Shown piece after piece: positions 40,433 to 51,113 of a stretch of DNA of 59,680 nucleotides. The stretch comes from Mesotaenium endlicherianum. Taxonomy: Eukaryota. The notes under the pieces are model-generated. The model was not told where the DNA came from. It did not search any database and worked only from the letters and a program-made list of their open reading frames with translations. Numbering within the stretch: position 1 is the first letter of the stretch; each line of letters starts with the position of its first letter. The translations under genes and the position numbers were made by a program. Location: assembly GCA_009602735.1 (NCBI GenBank), contig WELA01002318.1, positions 476,937-536,616 on the forward strand. The letters are read 5' to 3'.

Positions 40433-40802
40433 GGATGAGCGGGCCGAGGATGCCGAGCGCGCGAGCTGCACAGACAGACAGACGGGCAAACAGACAGTCA
40501 GTGGGAGAGACAGGCAGACAGACAGTCAGGCAGACACAGGCAGACAGGCAAGCAAACAGGCATTCGTACGAACAGGTACGTTACAGGTGCTTGATTTGGG
40601 TCAACTGCGGAAAGACGCGTGGGAACCCGCCTAGGGGCAATGTGCGCAGGCGAGCTGAGTTGCCCTGGTGTGTGGTGCCATATGCAGAGAGTGAGGGGGG
40701 AGCAAGCCAGCCAGCCAGCCAGCCAGCCCCGAGGAGCAGAGGCCCATCGACAAATGCGTGCATGCATGCAAGAGCGAATGCATGCGCGCACTCACACGCA
40801 CA

Positions 40803-42079
40803 TCAGGACGGCCCTTCTGGAGGTTGCCCTGGTCGTGTGCTCGGAGAAGCAATAGACTGACACCTGGCCTGCGCCAGCTGCGCTCACGACGCGACGCATG
40901 CGCCGACGCAGGTCGGCTTGGGCTCCCTCGATACATCGCAGAAGGCACGAGCAGCCCAGCGGATACCGAGACGTGCACACGCGGGCATGCAGACCATGCG
41001 CGCATGGCTGGCGGCCGTGACGGCACGCGAGATAAGCGGCGGCGGCATCCGACGGGCGAGAATGAGCGCAGCCAGGGCGGCCCAGATGGGCCCTCAGGAG
41101 GCTCTCTCTAATTTCCTCCTACCCTCTTTAGCCCCTCCTTCTCTCCCTCTCCCCCTCTCTCTCTCACTCCCCTTCTCTCTCACTCTCTCTCACTCTGACT
41201 CTCCCTGCATGCCGACAGCTTGCGACCACTCTCTTGCCACATCAGATACTATGCCCACGAGGGATGGAAGAGGACCCCCGGGGGGGGAGGGNNNNNNNNN
41301 NNNNNNNNNNNNNNNNNNNNNNNNNNNNNNNNNNNNNNNNNNNNNNNNNNNNNNNNNNNNNNNNNNNNNNNNNNNNNNNNNNNNNNNNNNNNNNNNNNNN
41401 NNNNNNNNNNNNNNNNNNNNNNNNNNNNNNNNNNNNNNNNNNNNNNNNNNNNNNNNNNNNNNNNNNNNNNNNNNNNNNNNNNNNNNNNNNNNNNNNNNNN
41501 NNNNNNNNNNNNNNNNNNNNNNNNNNNNNNNNNNNNNNNNNNNNNNNNNNNNNNNNNNNNNNNNNNNNNNNNNNNNNNNNNNNNNNNNNNNNNNNNNNNN
41601 NNNNNNNNNNNNNNNNNNNNNNNNNNNNNNNNNNNNNNNNNNNNNNNNNNNNNNNNNNNNNNNNNNNNNNNNNNNNNNNNNNNNNNNNNNNNNNNNNNNN
41701 NNNNNNNNNNNNNNNNNNNNNNNNNNNNNNNNNNNNNNNNNNNNNNNNNNNNNNNNNNNNNNNNNNNNNNNNNNNNNNNNNNNNNNNNNNNNNNNNNNNN
41801 NNNNNNNNNNNNNNNNNNNNNNNNNNNNNNNNNNNNNNNNNNNNNNNNNNNNNNNNNNNNNNNNNNNNNNNNNNNNNNNNNNNNNNNNNNNNNNNNNNNN
41901 NNNNNNNNNNNNNNNNNNGGGGGGAAGGGGGGAAGGGGGAAGGAGTGAGAGTGATGCGTGAAGAGCAAGCGTACCTTGCACTTTGAAGCAGACCCAAAGA
42001 GTGCGGATGCTTTCCTGCTCTCCTCTGACTCGACGACGAGGGCGCTTGCGCGTGCGCCGAGGCCGTAACCTGATGTCAT
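40803..42079 (-). promoter_or_regulatory. Putative spliced regulatory uORF (56 aa, ends PPEGPS*) in the ODC 5' leader
   Basis: ATG at 42079 in weak context (ccatATGa). Exon 42079-41975 ends AAG|gtacgc at phase 0; acceptor gcgcag|40868; TGA at 40805-40803. Peptide MTSGYGLGARASALVVESEESRKASALFGSASKCK-ARCQSIASPSTRPGQPPEGPS*. The intron contains an N gap. Confidence 0.6.
41292..41918. other. Assembly gap (N run)
   Basis: Other gaps at 986-1242, 12277-12781, 18805-18815, 19824-19908, 20757-21199, 39284-39323, 58757-58875; most are flanked by poly-G/C runs. Confidence 0.99.
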
Positions 42080-43084
42080 ATGGCTGCTTGCTTCAGTTCA
42101 CAGAGGGCGGCCGTGGCTCGCTGTCAGCCCTGGGGCCAGCGAGCACTAGCCCTTGCTCAGTAGGAGACAGGTGTGCAAGGATGCCTCGGCCGCTTGTGCT
42201 ATGCAGCCTTGCTGGGCAGTGCTGACGAATGCACCTGCCGATTTTTTGACTGCTGTAAACGGAAGGGAGACTTTCGTTGTTTAGGACTTCCTGCGGGTTC
42301 CGTTCTTGCTCTGAAGCGAGTGTCTGGGAGCCTTTACGAACTGATTGCTCTGATCTCGCTGTGGAAGGGAATGGTCTCCTTGCACTGTGAAGAAGATGCT
42401 GCCAGGAGCACTTTATTCCCTCTCTTTCTGGAGTTTGAACTCGAACCAAGACTCAATGCGGGATGAAATGACGTGGCCTGGTTGCGACCATGCCTGCAGC
42501 CACGTCCTCTTCTTCCAGGAACGTGTGCCTGCGCTTTTCAATTAAGGAGTCGTACTCTAACCAAATGGCTCTCTTCGATGCACTCCTTATCTTGATTGGC
42601 TGAGGTATGCAGACAGGCGCCTTCGACATAGTTGAAAAGCACGCCAGCTCATTTAAGTTAGTATAATCCCAGCTGGCAGCTGGAACGGGAAGTGCTCCAA
42701 CCACTGATTGCTCCCAGCGGGCCATCTTCGAGCCGGAAAACTAGCAGTCCACAGAAATATAAAAGTATGAAGCGGTCGGCTCGGGCAATTTCTTACAAGA
42801 AATGGTGTGACAATCCCGGAAACGGGCTTTCTTATCGAGCAGGAACAGGTTGCTTCCTTTCATGACCTCATTTCGGAACACATGGAATTTATGAACTTCC
42901 TCAGCTGTTCAAACGGCCCACTGGAGCTGCCTGCACGGGCATGCACGGGAGCGTCGGGAGACCCCTGCCACTCTCCTGCACCTGCCTGCACCTGCCTGCA
43001 CCGGCTCGCTCTGGCTCTGCTCTGGCTTGCTCTGGCTGCATGGAATCATGCAAGTTCGGATGACTTCGGACACAGCCTGACACA

Positions 43085-43113
43085 GGTCCAAACTGGTCCA
43101 AACTGGTCCAAAC
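43085..43113. repeat. 10-bp tandem repeat (ggtccaaact) x3
   Basis: ggtccaaact ggtccaaact ggtccaaac, between ODC and ALG10. Confidence 0.85.
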
Positions 43114-43484
43114 AGGCTGTCGCGGTCAGGTCGCGGTCGCTTTTTAAGTTCATGGACCAGAAATTGACGACTGCCCTCACAATTGACACATCGTTGCATG
43201 TTTTGACCATGTATGTCCACCCCAGCACCACAGTCCCACCATTGACTATATGTATATCTGACCATTGACTGAGAGTTAACTACGTAGTGCTGGTTATAAG
43301 TTGTACCAGCTCGAACTCTTTCATGCTGCCACTTGATTGCTCAAACTCGGTTATGCACTCCAGATTGCTTCAGATATAGTTCCAGGATAATGGACCCTCT
43401 GAAGTAGTTACATATGCTCGTATGACCCACTAACTTAGTGACGCCTAATCAATGCTGTGAATCTATTATTGATAGGCCGCAAAC

Positions 43485-46400
43485 ATGAGCAATAAATGGG
43501 GCGGATTGTCGATCGTAATATCCGTGGCCCTTGTTGTTTACTTCTCCATGCATGCTTTCATCAGCGGGCACGTCAAAGATCCTTACATGGTGAGAAGACC
43601 TGACGTATCCATTGATTCCTCGTACGTCCATCTCGAATATCTGCAAATTTCGACGCAAGACGTTTGCAAGTGATAAAGGCAAACGTGGCTGAAGTCGCTT
43701 TGTCTTTTCTGAACTTCGAGTCCTAGACGACCTTCCCTCAATATTATACACGTGCTTAAAGTTCCCGGGATTCCCACGGCCCGCAGCTACTTGATTGTTG
43801 TTTGGGGAAAATTCCGTGGATCATCATACATGAAAGCAATTATATATGAATCTGCCCTCTTGCACAAACATGACACAAGTAAGAATTCTTGCTCATATAA
43901 TGTAACCTCCATGAAGGTCTTACTCTTCATCTTCTCCCGCATCCTGTGGCGCGGAGAGTGAACGCAGCGCTCATTCGACTGTCAGGGACAACCCCCCATC
44001 ATGCTGACATAAGAACCGCGCGACCTGCCTCACCTGCTTCTGCTCTGCTTCGCCTCTGCTGTGTGGTCCCCACCTCTCTGCCTGCGAACGGCCAGGATGA
44101 GATATTCCACATCCCTCAAGCGCAGCAGTACTGCAGAGGCAACTTCAGCTCGTGGGATCCTATGATCACCACTCTGCCAGGCCTGTAAGACCCTAAACCC
44201 CAAACCTTACGCAACACCTGCGCCCTAACCCTCTACTCTTCACCCTTTCCTTACCCTAAGCTCTTACTGGCTTCCTCTACTCTGCGCGTGGAGCACCCCC
44301 TGGTCTTAGTCATGAAGTTGCCAGCAATCGCTGCAAGAGCTCTCTGCAGATAGGGCGATCATGTCACCTGCTGCTCGAGAGAGCAGATCGAGGGGTATTT
44401 TTGGGGCACAAGGAGTGAAGGGGCCACGAACAATTTACAGGCCCAAAACCTGGGCTGGACATGCTCGAGGTTTTGGCTGCAAGGGTTTTATGGAAGGCCC
44501 GCTTGGAGGTTTTTGCGTTGCTCACTTGCGCAACTAAGTCCTACTCCAGGAGCGCCCTGGCTGTTCCCCTTGCTCTTGGCACAACCTGGCAGACGAGCCA
44601 CAGCTGGCAGCTAAGTGGCAGCTGGTGCAGTCAATTGACAGCTGTCCGCCCTACCCTGCTTACGTGGCGTTTAAATGCTAAACCCGATCCCTTAAACCCC
44701 CCCGCTTGCAGGTACTATTCCGCGCTGGCGCTGCTGGCCACGATCCTCCCCCTCGCGCGCCCCCTGGGGCTCGCCCCCTCCTTCTCGGCTCTCTGCTCCG
44801 TCAGCGTGCTGCGCGCAACTAACGTCGTGCCAGCTGTCGCTTGCCTCCTGCTCTTCCACCGGATCGCTGCCCGCCTAGACCCGGCGCCGGGCGGCGAGGT
44901 GCGCGCGCGCCTCAAGGCGCTGGCGCTGGCGCTCTTCCCCCTGCACTGGTTCTTCACCTTCCTCTTCTACACAGATGTCGGCTCCACGGCGGCCGTCATG
45001 GCCACGTACCTCGCGGCTCTCACGCGCTCCTACTGGCTGGCAGCTCTGGTGCGTCGTGCCTGCACCTGACACCTGGCACTCTCCCTCCCTCCCCCTCCTC
45101 GAGGAGTAGATGGACCTCGGCCCTTCGCCCTTTATCCTAAACCCTTGGCCTTCAACCTGACGATGATGGATGCAGGCGCTGCTCTCAAAACGTTGCGTTG
45201 GGTATCCACCTCAAACCCCGCAGCTCAGAACCTTCAAGAACATCTACGCTTTTATACCCTAGCCTACCTATAGCTTAACCCTAGCCTACCCTTATCCTTG
45301 CCCTAGCCTCGCATTTTCATCTCGGGCTCTTTTCGGAATGCCTGGACCCCGAGGAGGTCTAAGTCCAGCAGCAGCGTCTTTTTTGATGCCGATTTTCTCT
45401 GTTGCCCTGGGGGGGGGGGGGGGCTGCCCCAGGAACCGATTGCTTGCCCTTTCCAGTGGTGCCCGCACACTGCCTATTTGTCGCTGCATCACATACGGAG
45501 CCGCAGGGGGGGTGGCAGGGAGTGGGTGGGTTGGGAAGCATTCTTTTGGGAGGGGGGGGAGAGGGGAGGATGATAGTGCTTGCGATGCTCAAACTAGAGT
45601 CCGTAGCCACCTGCTGTCGAACACCTGCCCAGCTGCCACTTTGAGCTGCCACCTGTCGGCCATTCTGCAATTTCACAAGCATCTCCTTTTTCGTTGACTC
45701 GTGGATCTCCGGGCGGGGCCTTCTGGAGCCTTGGCCAGTGAGGGGCTTAACGCGCGGTCTCTCAATTGCGCGCGGTGTGTCTTGCTTGCCAGTGGCGTGC
45801 AGTTTGGAGCGGCCGCCATCCTGTTCCGACAGACCAACGCCGTGTGGGTTGTCTTCGTGACGTGCGCGGCAGCCATGGACATGCTCCTTCCAATCTCCCC
45901 TCCCCCTCCCCCTTCCCTCCCCTCCCCCCCTCCCTCTTTGCCTCCTGGCCTTCCTCTCCCCGGCGCAGACACCCCCCCGGCTGAAACTTTAGGGTTTGGC
46001 CAAACCCTGGGCCCTACTGCTAGCCATAGCGGCCCCCGCGTTCGCCGGAGAGCCTTTGCCAGGAAGACGACAGGTGGCAATTCCGGAAGTAACGACGACG
46101 CTGGGTCGAGGAGAACGCGCGGCGGCGGCGGCGGCGGAGTGGAAGCGCGAGAGGCGCGCTCTGGAGAGCTGGGCTTGCCGCACGACGAAGGTGCGCACGC
46201 GCGCACTTACATCTGCTGCTGTCGGTGCTCCAAGGACCTTCGATTCTGTGACATTGTGAACCTCACAAGGGAAGCTGCGCCCTCTGGACAGGTGGCTCCT
46301 CGTGGTGTGTGTGGTTTTTAAAGGCGAAGAGGGAGGGGGAGGAGGGGGGAGGAACGGGGTGGAGGGGGCCAGGAGTCCGGCGCTGCGTGCCCACAGAGAT

Positions 46401-49400
46401 TGCCTGAGTGAGCTGGCAAGGTTTGCGTTGCGACGCGGTGCCATGTGTCTCACGTCCCCTTAAGCAGTTGAAGGCAATCAAAGGGAGCTGCATAACTTCA
46501 AGAGCCGCCGCTACCACACACACTGCCGCCTCGCAGAACCTCCTTGCGATTCATTTCGCGGATGCAAAGGGGCACAGCCTCGCCACGGCTACTCATCTCA
46601 ATATTATTACTCTGAACCCGAGATAGAGCAAGTGGCGACGCGCCAAAGCGACTGATGCGAAAAGCGATGGGGAGTGATTCCATGTTGATCTGGGTGGGTT
46701 CCAAAGCAAGCCCACTCTGGAGACTGCTGACATGGGCGTTGCCCGCCACCAGCGAGCACCGCCGCCTCTCCCACTTTGCTTCTCTAATTGTTTTTTTCCG
46801 GTTCGCGTCCTGTGAGGCTCAGAGAATGCATGCTCGCACACGCAATAGTTGCAATAGGTTCGAGTTTGAGCATAGGGTTCAAGGTAAGGGAGGCAATAGT
46901 TACGATGGGTTCCTGCTCATCCTCGTCTTGTCTGGCCTCGCTGGAGGGGCCGCCGCCCGCTCTGACTCGCCGTCGGCAGCTCGGAGGGGCCGGCCGGCAA
47001 GGCATGCGCTGGAAGCCATGCGCTGTCAGCAGTAGGTCAAACGTGCAACAGTCGCGATCATTCCATGTCCTCAGGGGGTCAGAGCTGGAGCGGGTGCAAG
47101 CAGCTCGCAGGCGCAACATTCTCCGCTCTCTCGTCTGCGACACGCGCTAGCATCTGTGCCTTCTTGCAACGAGCCGTTTGGGGTCATCGAAGGCTCTCTC
47201 GCCAGGTCTTGAATTCGCCTGCGGACTTTCTCTTTTCCTTATTGGAGGAAAGATATAACACTCTTCTGCCTTGTGTCTGCTCGAAATATCTCCAGCTCCA
47301 GACACCAGAGGGCAAGCAAGGACTTGACATGCAATGCAGTGGAATGGAATGGGGTGGATTCAAAGGAAACGGAGGGAAAAGAAATTGGAAGGAAAGACTC
47401 ATGCAGCCCAGGGGCAAGCACATGCTACGCCTGCGTGCGTGCGCGGGGGGGACGGGGACGGGGACGGGGACGGGGACGTTTGCGTGGGTGTGCGGCGGAA
47501 CGCAGGCGTGGTGCGGTGCGTGGCGCTGCTGGTGGCGCGCGCGTGGCACCGCAAGCTGCAGCTGCTGCGCGCCTTTGGGCCCCTTGTGGCCGTCGTTGCC
47601 GCGTTTGCCGCCTTTGTGGTGCACAATGGGGGCATTGTCGTTGGTAACCACGCTTTCCTCTCCCCCCCCCCCCTCCCTTCCCCCTCCCCTTTTATTTTTG
47701 TAGGCACATGAAGCACATAACACGCCTACACATGCCAGACACAGACACATGCACATGCACACAGTGAGCGGGAGAGACGCATGCCCATTGAACTTTTCCC
47801 CCTTGTTTTCTGCCGATGGGCATCTCCTGGTTGTGCCACTTGTCGCTGTGCTGGACCTTCTCTCTGGCGCACACCCCTATTGGTCCCAGCTGGCGTAGGC
47901 TGGGGTGATGCGACCGCTCCTCTCTCGCAGAGCTGGGAGAGGTCGTCATGCTGCAACAGGAAGCAGCCCCATGCATCAGGAGAGCAGCAGCAACAAGCAC
48001 ATGCACACAACACCAGGACCCAACGCGGCAGGCAGTGGGTGAGGGCGGAGCCCTCAATGGTGCCCGTCTGTCTCCTCGACAGCTCTGCCTGAGCCTGCGC
48101 AGCGCGCAGTGCAGTCTGTATTGGGCTGTTTTACGTGCTGCATTTTAAGGTTGTATTCGAATCAAGATGGGACCTGAAGGTATGGGGTCGGGAGCTGGGG
48201 CTGCGGGAAAGGAACTCCCAGTGTCCCCGGTGTCCCCGGGGTTCCCACTGTTGTGGGTCTCTTGAATGGCTCTCGACTCGTCTTGCGTCTCACGGCTCCT
48301 GTTGTACCTGGGGGCAGTCGGACCTGTGCAGTGCATGTCGCGTGTGCGTGTATGCATGTGTTTGTGTGTGTGCGTGTTGTGCGCGTGTGTGCGTATGTGC
48401 CCCGTGTGTGCGTCCGGGTGTGTGCATTTGGGCGGGTCCGTGTGTGTGCGCGTGTGGTGCATTCATGTGTGTATGTTTGTGTGTGTGTGTGTGTGTGTGT
48501 GAGCGCGCGCGTGTGCGTGTGTCTGTGTGTGCCCCATGGCAAATGGCAGAAATCTTAGTGTGATATGGCACGCTGACCCTTCTTGTGCATCCGCCACACG
48601 TGCGGGCTCCTGAGACTTGTTGCGGTGCTCATGCGGGGCGGGCGGCACGGGGCGGCGGGCTGGCAGGAGCCAAGGATGCGCACCAGGTGGCGCCGCACTG
48701 GATGCAGCCGCTATACCTGGCGGCCTTTACAGTACTCGCGCTCGCGCCCCTGCACTTGGCGCCTGCCCGTGTCTGCCACGTCATTGGCGGGGCGCTCACT
48801 TGCCTGCGGGCGGCACCTGTCAAATCGTCCCTCATTGCTGCGGCAGCAACCTCGGCAGCTTTTGTCGCTGTGCACTACTACAGGTGCGTGGCCCCAGTGC
48901 TGCTGATCAGGACACCTGGCAACCTGCTCTGCACCCCCCCACATGTGGGACTGTTTGCACGGCCTATCCAGCTGGGCACGTCTGTCCATCTGCAGATGTG
49001 TGTTCATGGTGCCGTAGGTTGTCTTCTATTTTCCTGGGGGCTGTAGCCAGCACGAGTGCGTGTGCGTGTGCGTGTGCCTGTCTGCATTTTGCCCGCCTGC
49101 ATCTTCCTGTGCGTGTGCGTGTGCGTGTGCTTCTGTGGGCGTTGGTGCGTGTGCACGCCCCCGCAATGATGATGGCTCAGCCGCGACGACTCAGCAAGCG
49201 CACGCGCTGAAGTGCCTCGAGCCCTCTGGCCCGTGTCTGTCAGTCGTGTGCACTTCCCACGTCCTGTCATTACTCAAGGGGGCCTCGCTGTTCTTGATCA
49301 GCGTCGCTGGAGTTCTTGTCAGACGCGTCGTCATAGGCCTGAACGGCCGGGCAAAGGCCCCCCTCCTGCGTGTGCCGCATGCGCGCAGCCAGCGTGCAAA

Positions 49401-51113
49401 CACCTGGCGGGTCCATCTCCAATGGTTCCAATCCTCCGTGCGCGGCTCTGGCTTAGCAGCTGCCACCTGTCAACGGGCTGAGGCTGATGCGTGTAGCAGC
49501 TGCTGCCAGCGTTGCTGACGAGGCAGGCACAACCTATGGCTGCTTGCTGAGTCACTCGCCGCTCTCTCTGGGCTCTTCCAGCCAGGCGCCCTTCCCTGCC
49601 GCGTTGCTTCTATGTATGCATATGAGCACGCATGTTTTCTACCTTCTCAAAACCTCCATGCAAGCACGCGCGCTGAGGGGGCTTTGGGCTGCAACGGAGC
49701 CCGGCCCCAAACAGGGTGCCAACTCCAAGCCATGTCCCACTCAGCAGCAAAGCAGCACCACGCGCGCTGAGCGGGTGCTTGGGCTGCGATCGATTTTGGA
49801 GCCCGGTTTCAAAGAGGGTGCTTGGGTTCTCTCCAAGTCACTTTCTCAGTCAGCGGCAGAGCTGCAGCGGCAGCCGACCAGCCTCTGACGCCCCGCCCGC
49901 GCGCCATGTTTCGTCGACATGTGGCAAGCTGTGCGTGCAGCATCGCCCACCCGTACCTCCTGGCTGACAATCGGCACTACCCCTTCTACATCTGGAGGAG
50001 GGTGGTGGGCGCCTCTCCCACCAGCAAGTACTGGCTCGTCCCCGCCTACCTTTACGCAATGCTCTCGCTGCACGACGCGCTTCGTGAGTTGCCCTCTCCT
50101 TCCCCCTGCCCTCTCCCCTCCCCGCTCCTCTTCCTCTTTCCCTTGCTTAGTGTCCCCAGATTTATATCCGTTCCACCTTGAAGGCAGACAGGCACACGTA
50201 CGCTAGCGCACACACGCACACACATGCACGCACAAATGCACGCACAAACACGTACGCACATATGCACACCCGCGCACACAGCACACACACTATACACACA
50301 AACACACACGCACACGCGTATACGTACATGCGCACATATACTCTTTCAGCGCATGAACATATCCACATATATGCACACACGTGTCTAAAAATGTGCCCCA
50401 TGGCTTGGCCTTCTTTGGGTGGCCTCGTAACTCTCCATCATGATGGGCCAGCCCTTGCTTGGAGTCTCCGCACTGGGTGCTGCTGAAGGGCCGGTGCCAT
50501 GTGGGGGAGCTCTATGATGCCTGTGCCTTCATGCCTGCATCTCAAGCTCGCATGCCTGTATTTGCTGTGTGGCTGTGTGTGTGTGTGTGAGAGAGAGGGG
50601 GGGGGGGAGAGAGGGAGGGAGGGAGGGAGGGAGGCGAGGAGGGAATGAGGGACGGAGGGAGACGCAGACAGAGCCAGAGAGGCAAACAGGGAGGAAGGGT
50701 CTGAGGAGAGGGGCAGATTGAGGGGTCGAGAAACCGAGACTGACTGGAGACTATCTTCCCGTGTATTGTCCGAGCCTCTGTGCATGTGTGTGTGTGTGTG
50801 TGCGTGTGTGTGTGTGCGTGTGGGATAATGTGCTCTGGCAGGACGGCAGCAGAGGCCCTTGTGGCTGCTTCTCTTCACCTTGGCAACGATGGCGGTGCTG
50901 GTGCCGGCGCCTCTTGTGGAGTTCCGATACTTCACCATCCCCTTCATGCTCATATTCCTGCACACCCCGCTGGCGAGCGAGAGATGGGCCAACGCTCAGC
51001 TCGTTTGCATCATCGTAGGCTTCTCTGCGGTCAATGCCGTGACGACGTACATGTTTGTGTTCAAGCCGTTCAAGTGGCCCGGCGAAGGAGGCCTCCAACG
51101 CTTCATGTGGTGA
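43485..51113 (+). CDS. ALG10: ALG10/DIE2 dolichyl-P-Glc alpha-1,2-glucosyltransferase
   Basis: In-phase exons: 43485-43589, 44096-44184, 44712-45048, 45803-46190, 47506-47643, 48667-48883, 49941-50083, 50842-51113. Motifs: PYM|DEIFHIPQAQQYC..WDPMITTLPGL, FFTFLFYTDVGS, FRQTNAVW, NGGIVVG, HPYLLADNRHYPFYIWRR, LVEFRYF, QRFMW*. Confidence 0.96.
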
